From: Alphaproteobacteria bacterium
Lineage (GTDB): Bacteria; Pseudomonadota; Alphaproteobacteria; GCA-2731375
Assembly: GCA_965232515.1 (NCBI GenBank)
Contig: CBDDPY010000002.1
Coordinates: 3,840,001-3,904,000 of the forward strand
Length of the DNA stretch: 64,000 nucleotides
Direction: 5' to 3'
The notes under the pieces were generated by a model. That model did no database searches. It saw only the letters and a list, made by a program, of their open reading frames with translations, and was not told the origin of the DNA. Below, one piece after another: positions 11,532 through 22,578 of this stretch; position 1 is the stretch's first letter, and each line of letters opens with the position of its first letter. A program made the translations under genes and the position numbers.

Positions 11532-12662
11532 ATGGACGCCGTCAACCGGCCGGGCCCGGACAACGGTCCCGGACCCGACAGTAATGCCAAGCTCGCCTTC
11601 GAGTTCGACGGCCGAGCGGGCGAAATCACCTCGATGGTCATCGTCAATGCGCTCTTGACGCTGCTGACCGTCGGCATCTACCGCTTCTGGGCGCGTACGC
11701 GCGTGCGGCGCTATCTCTGGAGCCATATGCGGCTGCTGGGCGACCGGCTGGAATACACCGGCACCGGCAAGGAGCTGTTCCTCGGCTTCCTGATCGTCTT
11801 CTTCGTCGTGCTGCTGCCGCTGGTCCTGGCGAACATGGCGGCCGAGTTCTTCCTGTTGACCCAATACCCGGTCGCCTACGGCGTGTTCATGGCGGGCCTC
11901 TATCTTTTCATCCTGTTCCTGGTCGGCGTCGCGCAGTATCGGGCCCAGCGCTACCGGTTAAGCCGCACCAACTGGCGCGGCATCCGGGGTGGATTGCCGG
12001 GTTCTTCCGTGCGTTACGGCCTGGCGTTTCTCGGATTCACGCTGCTCTTGCCGTTCAGCCTGGGCTGGACCTATCCCTGGCAGCGCATGACCTTGATGCG
12101 CATGATGATGAACGAAACCCGTTTCGGCGATCGAAAGTTCTCGTTTGATGGTCGTGTCGGCCCGCTCATGGGCGCCTACGCCGTCACCTGGTTCGCACTG
12201 ATCGTCCTCTGGACGGTGGTCTTGGGCGCCGTTGTCGGTGGTGCCGTTCTCACAAGCCTGGCCGCGGGCGGCGAGGAACTGACGCCGGATCAGCTCGGTG
12301 CGGTCGGATTTCTCCCGTTCTTCGTGATTTTGCTGCTGCTGCCAGTCAGCTCGCTGATCGCCACTTGGTATCGGGCTCGCGAGTTCGCTTACATGGGCAG
12401 CTGCACACGCTATGAAGGGCTTCAGTTCCGCTTCGATGCGACGTTCGGCAGCCTGTTCCGGCTTGGCTTCGGCAATCTGTTGATCGTTCTCTTCACGCTT
12501 GGCATGGGCCTGCCTTACGCGCAGCTCAGGAACTTCCGTTACTTCTGCGCACGCTTGAGCGCCGAGGGTCAGGTCGACTTCGAGGCCATCCGGCAGAGCG
12601 CGGAACTGCGGCCAAGCGTCGGCGAGGGTCTGGCCGACGCTTTCGACGGCGGCACGGTCTGA
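11532..12662 (+). CDS. YjgN/DUF898 family inner membrane protein
   Basis: F.F.G...E......N.LLT..T.GIY..WA..R.RRY, RYRLSRT.WRGIR, E.LADAFD C-terminus. Confidence 0.85.
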   Translation: MDAVNRPGPDNGPGPDSNAKLAFEFDGRAGEITSMVIVNALLTLLTVGIYRFWARTRVRRYLWSHMRLLGDRLEYTGTGKELFLGFLIVFFVVLLPLVLANMAAEFFLLTQYPVAYGVFMAGLYLFILFLVGVAQYRAQRYRLSRTNWRGIRGGLPGSSVRYGLAFLGFTLLLPFSLGWTYPWQRMTLMRMMMNETRFGDRKFSFDGRVGPLMGAYAVTWFALIVLWTVVLGAVVGGAVLTSLAAGGEELTPDQLGAVGFLPFFVILLLLPVSSLIATWYRAREFAYMGSCTRYEGLQFRFDATFGSLFRLGFGNLLIVLFTLGMGLPYAQLRNFRYFCARLSAEGQVDFEAIRQSAELRPSVGEGLADAFDGGTV

Positions 12663-12663
12663 G

Positions 12664-13740
12664 GTGACGAACGCGGTCGCGGCCGTCTATTTCGACGGGA
12701 AATCCGCCCGTCGGCAGGACGCGACCGTCGCCCTCGGCCCCCAGGGCATCACCATTGCCGCGCCGGACGGCGCGCCGATCGGCTTCTGGTCGCTTAAGGA
12801 CCTGACGCCGGCCGAGCCCGTTCGCCGCGGCCAGCCGGTGAAGATCGGCGTCGTCTACGATACCGATGCGCGGCTGCAGGTGGACGATCCCGGCTTCGCC
12901 GTGGCGCTGTTGGCGCAGGCGCCGCACCTCGCGCCATCGAAACGCTTCCTGACGCGCAGTCTGCCGCAGATCGGCCTGGGCCTTGCCGCCGCGGCGGTGC
13001 TGGTGGCGGCGGTCGTCTACGGCATCCCGGCGCTGTCGCGGCCCATCGCCAAGATGGTGCCGCTGAGCTGGGAGCGGGATCTCGGGCAAAACCTGGTCAC
13101 CATGATCATCGGCGACACCAAGCGGTGTGAACACGCTGAGGGACGCGCCGCGTTGGATCGGCTGATCGGCCGCCTCGCCGCCGTGCAGGACACCCGCTAT
13201 GCCTACAACGTGACGGTCGCGAAACTGGACAGCGTCAACGCTTTCGCCGCGCCGGGCGGCGAGATCGTGCTCCTGAACGGCCTGCTGAAAGAGGCCCAGT
13301 CACCGGACGAGGTCGCCGGCGTGCTGGCGCACGAGATGGCGCACGTGGTCGAGCGGCACCCGACGGCCAGCGCCATCCGCGCGCTCGGCGTCTCGATCCT
13401 GCTGGAGCTGGTGACCGGCGACGGCGCCGGGGCGGCGGCCGGCCTGGCCGAGTTCGGCGGAGTCCTGCTGCTGTTTTCCTACAGCCGCGACAACGAGCGT
13501 GAGGCCGACCGTCTGGCGCAGGAGATGCTGTCACGCGCCGGCCTGAAAACCACCGGCCTGGTCGACTTCTTCAAACGGCGCGCCGGCGAGAACACGCTCT
13601 ACGACATCAAGCTGCTCGACTATTTCAGCACGCACCCGCCATCGGACGAGCGCAGCCGCGACGCCGCGCGCGCGGGTCATGTCGGCGAGACGGCGCTGAC
13701 ATCAGAGGAATGGCAGGCACTGCAGGCGATCTGCGATTAG
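12664..13740 (+). CDS. M48 family zinc metallopeptidase
   Basis: NAFAAPGG, HEMAH (HEXXH), YSR.NEREAD, FSTHP; N-terminal YFDGKSAR domain typical of DUF898-linked M48 proteins. Confidence 0.9.
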   Translation: MTNAVAAVYFDGKSARRQDATVALGPQGITIAAPDGAPIGFWSLKDLTPAEPVRRGQPVKIGVVYDTDARLQVDDPGFAVALLAQAPHLAPSKRFLTRSLPQIGLGLAAAAVLVAAVVYGIPALSRPIAKMVPLSWERDLGQNLVTMIIGDTKRCEHAEGRAALDRLIGRLAAVQDTRYAYNVTVAKLDSVNAFAAPGGEIVLLNGLLKEAQSPDEVAGVLAHEMAHVVERHPTASAIRALGVSILLELVTGDGAGAAAGLAEFGGVLLLFSYSRDNEREADRLAQEMLSRAGLKTTGLVDFFKRRAGENTLYDIKLLDYFSTHPPSDERSRDAARAGHVGETALTSEEWQALQAICD

Positions 13741-14681
13741 GCAAGCTCGAGGGCGCGCCAGACGTCGTCAGCCGGCAGCGCGGACAACGGCTCGCGCCGC
13801 AGCACCTTGACGGCGCGCCCGCGCGGCGCGGTGCGGTCGGGATCGGACTCCTCCGAAAACAAGACGACGCACGGACAGCCGGCGATCGCCGCCATGTGCA
13901 TCGGTCCGGTGTCGTTGCCGATGGCCAGCGTGGCGCCGCGCGCGAGAACGGCGATCTGCTCAAGACTGGTCCTGCCGGCAAGGTTGACGGCCGACGGACA
14001 GCCGGTCGCGATCTCGGCCGCGATCGCGCGTTCATCCGGCCCGCCGATGATCGCGGGCGTCAGCCCCTGCGCCGAGAGGCGACCGGCGAGCTCGGCGTAG
14101 CGGGACGCCGGCCAGCGTTTGCGGGGACGGTGCGCCGCCCCGCCCGGCACCAGCAGGGCATAGGGCGGTTTGAGATCGAAGCCGCAGACATCCGCCTCGA
14201 CCCAATCCAGGCTCGGCGCCGGCACCGTATCGATGCCGGCCATGTGCAGCTGATCGGCCTGCCGGTCGATGGTGTGCATGCCGCCGCGCGCCGGATTGTC
14301 GTGCGGGTGCGAGCCGCGGGCGGCGATGCCGGACCATTCCGGCCGCTTTGCCGCCGGGAAGAGATGGAAATAGAAGCTGGAGCGGCTGGAGGTCTGCAGG
14401 TCGTAGACCCGCTCGAAGCCGCCCTCCCGCAAACGACGCCGCAGCGCCAGAAGCGCGGAGAGCTGTGGAATGCGGGGCCGGGAATCGACCCAGACCTCGT
14501 CGAACAGGCCGCTCGCGCGGGCCAACCCGGCATAGGGCGCCGTCGTCAGCAGGGTGATGTGAGCTTCGGCGTGATGCGCGCGGATCGCCGCGGCCGGCCC
14601 CAGCGCCATGACGAAATCGCCCAGCGCGCCATGCTTGATGATCAATATCCGCGATGGCCCCCCCGGTGCCGACGCGGACAT
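13737..14681 (-). CDS. Glycosyltransferase family 9 (heptosyltransferase-like)
   Basis: RILIIKHGALGDF, KRWP, GNDTGPMHMAA. Confidence 0.9.
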   Translation of the reverse strand: MSASAPGGPSRILIIKHGALGDFVMALGPAAAIRAHHAEAHITLLTTAPYAGLARASGLFDEVWVDSRPRIPQLSALLALRRRLREGGFERVYDLQTSSRSSFYFHLFPAAKRPEWSGIAARGSHPHDNPARGGMHTIDRQADQLHMAGIDTVPAPSLDWVEADVCGFDLKPPYALLVPGGAAHRPRKRWPASRYAELAGRLSAQGLTPAIIGGPDERAIAAEIATGCPSAVNLAGRTSLEQIAVLARGATLAIGNDTGPMHMAAIAGCPCVVLFSEESDPDRTAPRGRAVKVLRREPLSALPADDVWRALELA

Positions 14682-15856
14682 CAGCTGCGCAACACCGACT
14701 CGTAGACCGCCAGCGTGCGGGCGCACATCAGTTCGACCGTGAAGTTGTTGCAGATGTTCATGCGCGCGACGCCCGCCATGTGCTCGCGCCACTCGTTGTC
14801 GAGCGCCAGCGCCGCCTCCAGCGCCCGGGCGAGCGCTGCCGGATCGCGCGGCGGGATCAGCCATCCGGTGCGGCCTTCCTGGATGATCTCCTCGCTGGCG
14901 CCGTTGTCGGTGGCGATCACTGGCCGGCCCATGGCCTGGGCCTCGGCCGAGACCCGGCCGAAGCCTTCCGGTTCGATCGACGCGGACACGACCACATCGG
15001 CCAGCATGTAGGCGGCCGACATGTCGCGGCAGTGGTCGAGAATCCGGACCATGCCGCGCACGCCCCGCTTCTCGGCCAGATCCTCCAGCTCCTGGCGATA
15101 GCGCTCACGGCCCTGGTCGGCGCCGACCAGGATGCAGGTCACGTCCTTGCGGTCGAGCATGGCCAGCGCCTCGATCAGCACCGCCTGGCCCTTCCAGCGG
15201 GTCAGCCGGCCGGGCAGCATCACCACCGGTCCGCCGTCCGGCAGGCGCCAGGCATTGGCCAGCTGAATCATGCGCTCGGCACTGACCCGGTTGGGATCGA
15301 ACAGGTCGACATCGACGCCGCGATGGATCATCACCAGCCGGTCGTCCTCGACGCCATAGTTCCGGCGGACATGGTCGTAGACGAACTGCGAGATCGCGAT
15401 CACCGCGTCGCCCTTGGCCATGACGGCGTTGTACCAGTGCTTGAGAAAACCGTCGCCATAGGGGCTGTGAAACGTCGTGACGAACGGCCGGCCGGTGCGG
15501 CGGGCGGCATACAGCGCGCTCCAGGCCGGCGCCCGGCTGCGGGCATGCACCAGATCGACCCCATAGGCTTCGATGATTTCGGCCAGACGGTCGGCATTCC
15601 GGCGGATCTTCAGCGGGCTTTTGGTCGCCAGCTCGCAGTCGATGTGCTGACCGCCGGCGCGGTCCAGCTCATGCGTCATCGGACCGCCGCTGGAAGCGAC
15701 CAGCGCCGTCCAGCCTGCCTCGACCAGGCCACGCGCCACCTGCACCGTGCCGCGCTCGACCCCGCCGGCTTCAAGCGCCGGCAGAACCTGCAGCACGACT
15801 GGCGCGCGGCTTTCCGTCGCCGCCGGCTCGGTGCTAGATTGCGCCGCCAGACTCAT
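14681..15856 (-). CDS. Glycosyltransferase family 4
   Basis: VLQVLPALEAGGVERG, HARSRAPAW, PGRLTRWKGQ, EGFGRVSAEAQAMG. Confidence 0.92.
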   Translation of the reverse strand: MSLAAQSSTEPAATESRAPVVLQVLPALEAGGVERGTVQVARGLVEAGWTALVASSGGPMTHELDRAGGQHIDCELATKSPLKIRRNADRLAEIIEAYGVDLVHARSRAPAWSALYAARRTGRPFVTTFHSPYGDGFLKHWYNAVMAKGDAVIAISQFVYDHVRRNYGVEDDRLVMIHRGVDVDLFDPNRVSAERMIQLANAWRLPDGGPVVMLPGRLTRWKGQAVLIEALAMLDRKDVTCILVGADQGRERYRQELEDLAEKRGVRGMVRILDHCRDMSAAYMLADVVVSASIEPEGFGRVSAEAQAMGRPVIATDNGASEEIIQEGRTGWLIPPRDPAALARALEAALALDNEWREHMAGVARMNICNNFTVELMCARTLAVYESVLRS

Positions 15857-15888
15857 CTGCCTGCAAAATCCATATAACTGCCCCCAGC

Positions 15889-16653
15889 ATGACCCTCGAT
15901 AAAACCCCAAAATTCCTAAGAAAATCCGACGATGCAACCATCGCCTATCACGACCTGCCGGGAAAATCACCCGGCGTGATGTTTTGCGGCGGTTTCATGT
16001 CGGACATGACCGGCACAAAGGCGACCGCGCTGGAGGCGCATTGTCGCGAAACCGGACGCGCCTTCGTGCGATTCGACTATACCGGCCACGGCCAGTCCAG
16101 CGGCCGTTTCGTCGACGGCACGATCGGCGCGTGGGCGGACGACGCCATTGCCGTGCTGGACGAGATCGCGCAAGGCCCGCAGATCGTCGTCGGCTCCTCC
16201 ATGGGCGGCTGGATCATGCTGCTGATGGCGCTGGGCCGGCCCGAGCGGATCGCCGGTCTGGTCGGCATCGCGCCGGCGCCGGATTTCGTGCTCTGGATGT
16301 GGGACGGCTTCTCGGACGAGATCAAGCGCACGCTCGAAACCGACGGAGTCTACCGCGCGCCGTCCGAATACAGCGACGAGCCCTATGAGATCAGCATGGC
16401 CCTGATCGAGGACGGCCGGCAGCGGCTGGTGCTGGACCGCGAGGTCGCCGTCACCTGCCCCGTGCGCATCCTGCACGGCATGCAAGACCCCGACGTGCCC
16501 TGGCAACGCTCGCTGGAACTGGTCGACAAGCTCGCCAGCGACGACGTCGCCGTCACGTTCGTTAAGAACGGCGACCACCGCCTGTCCGAACCCAACGACA
16601 TCGCCCGCCTGCTGGCCACCGTCGACGCGCTCTGCGAACAAACCGCCACCTGA
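15889..16653 (+). CDS. Alpha/beta hydrolase (ABHD10-like)
   Basis: GFMSDMTGTKA, RFDY.GHG.S, GSSMGG nucleophile elbow, D.DVP, GDHRLS. Confidence 0.9.
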   Translation: MTLDKTPKFLRKSDDATIAYHDLPGKSPGVMFCGGFMSDMTGTKATALEAHCRETGRAFVRFDYTGHGQSSGRFVDGTIGAWADDAIAVLDEIAQGPQIVVGSSMGGWIMLLMALGRPERIAGLVGIAPAPDFVLWMWDGFSDEIKRTLETDGVYRAPSEYSDEPYEISMALIEDGRQRLVLDREVAVTCPVRILHGMQDPDVPWQRSLELVDKLASDDVAVTFVKNGDHRLSEPNDIARLLATVDALCEQTAT

Positions 16654-16956
16654 CGCCAGAGTCATCCTAGCGAAACCCAAGATCCACGTTCGGATTCGAC
16701 CTTGGATGCCCTGAGTTCACAAACGACGTGCAACACCTTGTGTTGGAAGTGTTGCGATAGGACGCGGTTACGCCCAGTTGTCATTGGAAAAGTGGCGCGA
16801 GAGGGCATTCGACTGAACCTTGGATTCTACTTCTGTTCGGCGCATATTTGCGTAATTCTACCGACAAGAAACGTCTATTTCGTGGTTCTTCCCTTCAAGG
16901 GGCGTAGAGATCGGGTCATCGTATAGTCAGGCATCTACTTGCGAGGAGGGTCCGTC

Positions 16957-17958
16957 GTGACATTCCGCACGCCACTGACAGATCGCCTCGGGCTGCAAAT
17001 TCCCGTTATCGCCGCGCCACTCGGCCGCGGCTCCACGCCAGCTTTTCTCGCCACGCTCTCGCAGCATGGCGCCATGGGATTCGTCGCTCTAATGCACATG
17101 CCGGAAGACGAGGTGCGGCAGAATTTGTCGGCGTATGTGGCGGCAACCGGCGGCGGAAATCGCTTCGGCGTGAACCTCACGCTCATCGTCGACCAGACGC
17201 GCCGACTGGAGGCCGCGCTGGAAGCCGGCTGCCGTATCGTCTCCTTCTGGCAAGGCGATCCGACAGCCTACGTCCGGCGCGCCAAGGAAGCGGGGGCGGT
17301 TGTGTTCTGGACCGTGTCCGGGGTTGCCGAGGCCGCGCGGGCGGCGGACCTCGGCGTCGATTTTATTGTCTGTCAAGGACGCGAGGCTGGCGGACACCTG
17401 GTCGGTGAAGCGCCGTTGATGACAATGCTGCCTGCGCTGGTTGACGCCGCTGGTGGGGTGCCGGTCGTGGCCGCCGGCGGTATTGCCGAAGGACGTGGGC
17501 TGGCGGCCGCGCTGGCGCTTGGCGCGTGCGGTGCATGGATGGGGACGCGCTTCGTCGCATCGGCCGAAAGCGGCAACCATAGCGGCCACAAGCAGCGCAT
17601 CGCGCAGGCTGGATTTGGCGATTTGGTCGAGACAAGGCTGTTCGACGGCGGCTGGCCCGACAGCCCACACCGCGTTTTACGCAATGCGACGCTGGACAAT
17701 TGGGAGACGGCAGGTTCGCCCCCTCGGGGCGCAAGACCGGGCGAAGGCGAGCGTATCGGCAGCTATCCGAATGGCGCGGCGATTCTGCGTTATGACGTTG
17801 CGACGCCCTGGGACGGGATGGAGGGCGACTGGGAGGCTACTGCGCTCTATGCGGGTATGTCGGCAGCCTTGGTGCGAGAGGTCGAGACCGTGCCCGAGAT
17901 CCTCTCGCGCATCGAGTCTGATGCCACGGCGGCGCTGCGTCGGGCACTGGCTGAATGA
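16957..17958 (+). CDS. Nitronate monooxygenase family flavin oxidoreductase
   Basis: QGREAGGH, PVVAAGGIAEGRG, MGTRF, LYAG; GTG start after GAGGAGG. Confidence 0.88.
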   Translation: MTFRTPLTDRLGLQIPVIAAPLGRGSTPAFLATLSQHGAMGFVALMHMPEDEVRQNLSAYVAATGGGNRFGVNLTLIVDQTRRLEAALEAGCRIVSFWQGDPTAYVRRAKEAGAVVFWTVSGVAEAARAADLGVDFIVCQGREAGGHLVGEAPLMTMLPALVDAAGGVPVVAAGGIAEGRGLAAALALGACGAWMGTRFVASAESGNHSGHKQRIAQAGFGDLVETRLFDGGWPDSPHRVLRNATLDNWETAGSPPRGARPGEGERIGSYPNGAAILRYDVATPWDGMEGDWEATALYAGMSAALVREVETVPEILSRIESDATAALRRALAE

Positions 17959-18076
17959 CGAATCAACATCGGCGGCGATATCGAACCGGACGGCCCGCGA
18001 CACGCATCCCACTCGCCCGCAACTAGCGCGCACCGTGACTGACCTTGTCCGGCGCATAACGCACCGGTTATTGCTG

Positions 18077-18943
18077 TTAGATCGTCTCGAGACAGTGCCG
18101 CAAACCGTTGCGATAGTCCGGGTAAGCCAAGCGCACACCCAGCTCCGACTTGATCCGGTCATTACGCACCCGCTTGCTCTCGGCATAGAAGCTGCGGCCC
18201 ATCGGCGACAGCTCGGCGGCCGCGAACGGCACCAGCGGCGGCGGCTCAACACCCAGCAGCCCGGCGGCGAAGGCGACCACGTCCTGCGGCGGCGCCGCTT
18301 CGTCGTCGCAGACGTTGTAGGCGGCGCCCGGATTGGGCCGGCTTATCGAAGCCTCGAGCACGGCGGCGATATCGTCCACATGGATGCGGCTGAACACCTG
18401 GCCCGGCTTGTCGATGCGCTTCGCCGTGCCGTTGCGCACGCTAAGGAGCTGATTGCGTCCGGGCCCGTAGATCCCGGCCAATCGGAACAGGTGCACTGGT
18501 AGCGGTAACGCCAGCCAGGCCCGCTCCGCCGCGACCCGGCGGCGGCCGCGTTCGGTCGACGGCCTGAGGTCGTCGTCCTCCGACACCCAGTCGCCGCCGC
18601 GGTCGCCGTAGACCCCCGTGGTCGAGAGGTAGCCGACCCAGGCGACATCTTCGAGCGCAGCCAGATCCTGACCGTGATGATCGATAACCAGATCGCCGGC
18701 CGCGTCCGGCGGTACCGAGCTCAGGATATGCGTGACACCGGCCAGCGCCGCCGCGGCATCGTCCAGCGGCCGGTCACGGTCGAACAGCTGCGCCTCGATC
18801 CCCTCGGTCGCCAGTCGTGCCTGCTTCTCCGGCGATCGGCAGGTGCCGGCAATGCGCCAGCCGTCGGCCCGCAATCGCGCGATCAGCGCCATGGCACTAT
18901 ATCCGAGGCCGAAACAGAACAGTGATCCGCCGGTATCCCTCAT
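18077..18943 (-). CDS. NAD-dependent epimerase/SDR family protein (YeeZ-like)
   Basis: FGLGYS, YLSTTGVYGD, FRLAGIYGPGR, FSRIHVDD. Confidence 0.88.
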   Translation of the reverse strand: MRDTGGSLFCFGLGYSAMALIARLRADGWRIAGTCRSPEKQARLATEGIEAQLFDRDRPLDDAAAALAGVTHILSSVPPDAAGDLVIDHHGQDLAALEDVAWVGYLSTTGVYGDRGGDWVSEDDDLRPSTERGRRRVAAERAWLALPLPVHLFRLAGIYGPGRNQLLSVRNGTAKRIDKPGQVFSRIHVDDIAAVLEASISRPNPGAAYNVCDDEAAPPQDVVAFAAGLLGVEPPPLVPFAAAELSPMGRSFYAESKRVRNDRIKSELGVRLAYPDYRNGLRHCLETI

Positions 18944-18999
18944 CGCATCGTCCCGTAAACAGCTTGCATCTTGCCCCGCCGGCCACGACCTTAGGCCAA

Positions 19000-19755
19000 A
19001 TGCGGATCCGGGAACATGTCGCACTGACGCTGGCGCCGTTGCTGCTGCTCGGTGGCCTGGCCGCGCCGGCCATGGCCGGCCGGCTGGACCATGCCGAGCA
19101 GTATCGCGCCTGCCTGACGCTGGCGCATCGCGACGCCCGCGGCGCCATCGAGTCGGCGGCCGTCTGGCGACAGGCCGGCGGCGGCGCGGCAGCTCAGCAT
19201 TGCACGGCCGTCGCGCTGATCGAGCTGAAGCAATACGCCGACGCGGCGATCCGTCTGGAAGCGCTCGCCGCCGAGTTGCCGGCGGACTCGCAGGTGAATC
19301 CGGCCGACATCCTGGGTCAGGCCGCCAATGCCTGGCTGCTCGCCGACCGCGACGACGAAGCGCTGCGGCTGATCGACGAAGCCCTCGTCATGGCGCCAAA
19401 TGCTCCTGATCTGCATGTCGATCGGGCTCGAATCCTCGCGCATCACGGCCAATACGAGGCGGCGCTCGCCAATCTCGACAAGGCGCTGGCCAGCGATCCG
19501 ACCGATGACGACGCGCTCGCCTTCCGCGCCAGCGCGCTACGCCGTCAGGGAAGACTGGTGGATGCGCTCGCCGATGCCACCACGGCGCTCGAGATCAATC
19601 CCGACAACGCCTCGGCCCGGCTCGAGCGCGGCATTATCCGAAAGGCGCTCGGCGACGCCGAGGCCGCCCGCGTCGATTGGCGCGAGACCGTCGCGCGGCA
19701 TGCCGGCACCCCGGCCGGTGACGCCGCAAGCCAGTATTTGCAGTCGCTCGACTAA
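19000..19755 (+). CDS. Exported tetratricopeptide repeat protein
   Basis: Signal peptide ending AMA; Ala-rich TPR helices ([20 protein letters not shown]). Confidence 0.8.
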   Translation: MRIREHVALTLAPLLLLGGLAAPAMAGRLDHAEQYRACLTLAHRDARGAIESAAVWRQAGGGAAAQHCTAVALIELKQYADAAIRLEALAAELPADSQVNPADILGQAANAWLLADRDDEALRLIDEALVMAPNAPDLHVDRARILAHHGQYEAALANLDKALASDPTDDDALAFRASALRRQGRLVDALADATTALEINPDNASARLERGIIRKALGDAEAARVDWRETVARHAGTPAGDAASQYLQSLD

Positions 19756-20906
19756 GCCACGGCATGCCATTCCGCGCGCACATCGACATCCACCTCCGTC
19801 GGCAGGTGTCGGTCGCGGAATTTGGCAAAGCGCATCTCGTCGCTTAGCCGCGATAGGGCCCAGACCGCCATTGCGCGCACCAGTGCGGACGGGTCCGACA
19901 GCAGCGGTTCGATGTCGTCGGCGAGCGCCGCCTCGCCGCTGTTGCCGATGGCGATCAGCACGTTGCGGACGAAGCGGTCCCGTCCCAATCGCTTGACCGG
20001 CGAACCGGCGAAGACCCGGCGAAAGCCGGCATCGTCCAACTTCACCAGGTCGCGCAGCTTCGGCGCGGTCAGCTCCACCCGCGGCAGAAACGCCGTCTCG
20101 CGCGCCCGTTCAGCGAACTTGTTCCAGGGGCAGACGGCCAGACAATCGTCGCAGCCGAAGATCCGATTGCCCATGGCGGCGCGGAATTCGACATCGATGT
20201 GGCCCTTGTGCTCGATCGTCAGATAGGAAATGCAGCGCCGGGCGTCCAGCTGATAGGGCGCCGGGAAGGCGTCGGTCGGGCAGACATCGAGGCAGCGTCG
20301 GCAGCCGCCGCAATGGTCCTCGTGGGGGTCCGTATCGGCCGGCAGGTCGAGGTCCGTGAACACAGCGCCCAGGAACAGCCAGGAGCCGAACTGGCGCGAG
20401 ACCAGATTGGTGTGCTTGCCCTGCCAGCCGATCCCGGCCTGCCGGGCGAGCGGCTTTTCCAGCACGGGCGCGGTATCGACGAACACCTTGATGCCGGCGC
20501 CGTGCGCGTCGTGCAGCCAGCGGCCGATCCGCTTCAGCCGCGATTTGATGACGTCGTGGTAGTCGCGCCCCTGGGCATAGACCGAGACGATGCCCCGGTC
20601 CGGCCGGTCGAGCAGCGCCAGCGGATCGCCGGCCGGGCCGTAGTTCATCGCCAGCATGATGACGCTACGCACCTCGGGCCAGAGTGTCCGCGGATCGGCT
20701 CGCCGGTTCGCCTTGGCCGCCAGCCAGTCCATGTCGCCGTACCGGTCCAGCGCGATGAAGCGGCGAAAGCGTTCGCCTGCCTCGGCGACCGAACCCGGAT
20801 CCGCGAAGCCGACCTGATCGAAGCCCAACGAATTGGCGTAGTCCCGGATTGCCGACCGCAAATCGTCCGTCGGTTGGTCGGCCGCGCTAGAAGTCGAGGT
20901 CCGCAT
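19752..20906 (-). CDS. queG: tRNA epoxyqueuosine(34) reductase
   Basis: [52 protein letters not shown]. Confidence 0.96.
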   Translation of the reverse strand: MRTSTSSAADQPTDDLRSAIRDYANSLGFDQVGFADPGSVAEAGERFRRFIALDRYGDMDWLAAKANRRADPRTLWPEVRSVIMLAMNYGPAGDPLALLDRPDRGIVSVYAQGRDYHDVIKSRLKRIGRWLHDAHGAGIKVFVDTAPVLEKPLARQAGIGWQGKHTNLVSRQFGSWLFLGAVFTDLDLPADTDPHEDHCGGCRRCLDVCPTDAFPAPYQLDARRCISYLTIEHKGHIDVEFRAAMGNRIFGCDDCLAVCPWNKFAERARETAFLPRVELTAPKLRDLVKLDDAGFRRVFAGSPVKRLGRDRFVRNVLIAIGNSGEAALADDIEPLLSDPSALVRAMAVWALSRLSDEMRFAKFRDRHLPTEVDVDVRAEWHAVA

Positions 20907-21555
20907 AATGCTTCGGCGGCGGCAGGCCGGAGATATGGTCGGCCAGGATCGGGCGGAAGCTGGGCCGCGATTTCACCCGCGCATACCATTCCTTGGCCGC
21001 CTCATGATTGGCCCAGGGCACGCTGCCGAGATAGTCGAGGCAGGAAAGCTGCGCCGCGGCGCTGATGTCGGCCAGGCTGAATTCCTCGCCGGCGATCCAG
21101 TTCCGCCGTTCCACCAGATAGCTGACATAGTGCATGTGGTAGACGATGTTCTCGAGCCCGGCCCGGATCAGCGAGGAGTCGGGCTCGCCCATGCCCATGA
21201 ACCGCTTCAGCAGCTTTTCGCGCAGCAGATATTCCGTCACCTCGCCGTGGAACTTCTGGTCGAACCAGGCGACCAGACGGCGGACCTCGGCCCGCCCGGC
21301 GGGATCGAAGCCGATCAGCGAGCGGTCGGGATAGGCCTCGTCCAGGTATTCGCAGATCGCCTGGCTGTCGGCCAGCGCCAAGCCGTCCGGTTCGATCAGC
21401 ACCGGCACCGTGCCGGACGGGTTCACCGCCAGAAACGCCTCGCGGCGCTCCCAGTACTTCTCGACCTGCATCTCGAATTCGAGCCCCTTCTCCTTCAGGG
21501 CAATGCGCAGCTTGCGGCAGAAGGGAGAGAGCCAGAAGTGATAGAGCTGGCGCAT
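20887..21555 (-). CDS. Glutathione S-transferase family protein (FtsZ-binding FzlA-like)
   Basis: [24 protein letters not shown]...AA.LS.LDY, KSRPSFR, YADLDF C-terminus; adjacent to queG. Confidence 0.88.
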   Translation of the reverse strand: MRQLYHFWLSPFCRKLRIALKEKGLEFEMQVEKYWERREAFLAVNPSGTVPVLIEPDGLALADSQAICEYLDEAYPDRSLIGFDPAGRAEVRRLVAWFDQKFHGEVTEYLLREKLLKRFMGMGEPDSSLIRAGLENIVYHMHYVSYLVERRNWIAGEEFSLADISAAAQLSCLDYLGSVPWANHEAAKEWYARVKSRPSFRPILADHISGLPPPKHYADLDF

Positions 21556-21597
21556 GGCGCGCAGTCTAGACGAAGGCGGAAATCCTTACCAATGAGC

Positions 21598-22575
21598 TTA
21601 TGGGACGGACAGCACCAGCTTGCCGACCACCTGGCGGTCGACGATCATTTGTAGCGCCTCGGCCGCCCGCGCCAGCGGCAGCACGTCATGCACGTGCGGG
21701 GTCAGCTCGCCGGCTTCGGCATGGCGCAGCAGCGCGTCGATGTTTCGACGACTGCCTTCCGGATCGCGGCGAGCATGCTCGCCGGCCCTGAGACCGATCA
21801 CCGCGCAGCCCTTCAGCAGCGGATAGTTGGCCGGTATCTCGGGAATGCGCCCATCGGCGAAACCGACCACCAGCAACCGCCCGCCCCAGTTGATGCAGCG
21901 CAGCGATTCATCGAACACGTCGCCACCCACGGGATCGTAGATCACGTCGGCGCCGGCGCCGCCGGTCAGCGCCTTCACCTGTTCGCGAAAACCGCCGGCC
22001 GCGACGTTGATGACGTGATCGGCGCCGGCCGCCTGCACGACCGCGAGCTTGGCGTCACTGCCGCCCGTCGCGATGACCTCGGCGCCCAACAGCTTCGCCA
22101 GCCGCACGGCCGCCATGCCCACGCCGCCCGAGGCGCCGTGGACCAGCACCGTTTCGCCCGCTCGCAGCCGGCCGCGGTCGACCAGTGCGTGATAGGCGGT
22201 GACATTGCCGACGGCGAAAGCCGCGCCTTGCACGAAGGAATAGCCGGCCGGCATTGGCAGCAACTGGTCCGGCGCCACCACAGCCTGTTCGGCGAAGGCG
22301 CCCGGCCGAATCCGCACGATAGCCTTGTCGCCCGGCCGCCAGCCGTTCACACCGGCGGCGGCCTCCATGATCTCGCCGGCCGCCTCCATGCCAGGCACGA
22401 ACGGCAGCGGCGGTTTGTGCTGATAGCCGCCGGCCACCATCAGCACATCGGGGAAGTTGACGCCGGCCGCACGGATGGCGACACGCACCTGCCCCGGCCC
22501 CATCTCGGGCGGATTGATGTCCTCCAGCCGCAGGACCTGCGGCGGCCCCAGCGCGCGGCAGACGACGGCCCGCAC
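21598..22575 (-). CDS. NADPH:quinone oxidoreductase (zeta-crystallin/MDR family)
   Basis: GVNFPD, PFVPGME, VHGASGGVG, DPVGG. Confidence 0.9.
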   Translation of the reverse strand: MRAVVCRALGPPQVLRLEDINPPEMGPGQVRVAIRAAGVNFPDVLMVAGGYQHKPPLPFVPGMEAAGEIMEAAAGVNGWRPGDKAIVRIRPGAFAEQAVVAPDQLLPMPAGYSFVQGAAFAVGNVTAYHALVDRGRLRAGETVLVHGASGGVGMAAVRLAKLLGAEVIATGGSDAKLAVVQAAGADHVINVAAGGFREQVKALTGGAGADVIYDPVGGDVFDESLRCINWGGRLLVVGFADGRIPEIPANYPLLKGCAVIGLRAGEHARRDPEGSRRNIDALLRHAEAGELTPHVHDVLPLARAAEALQMIVDRQVVGKLVLSVP

Positions 22576-22578
22576 GGC

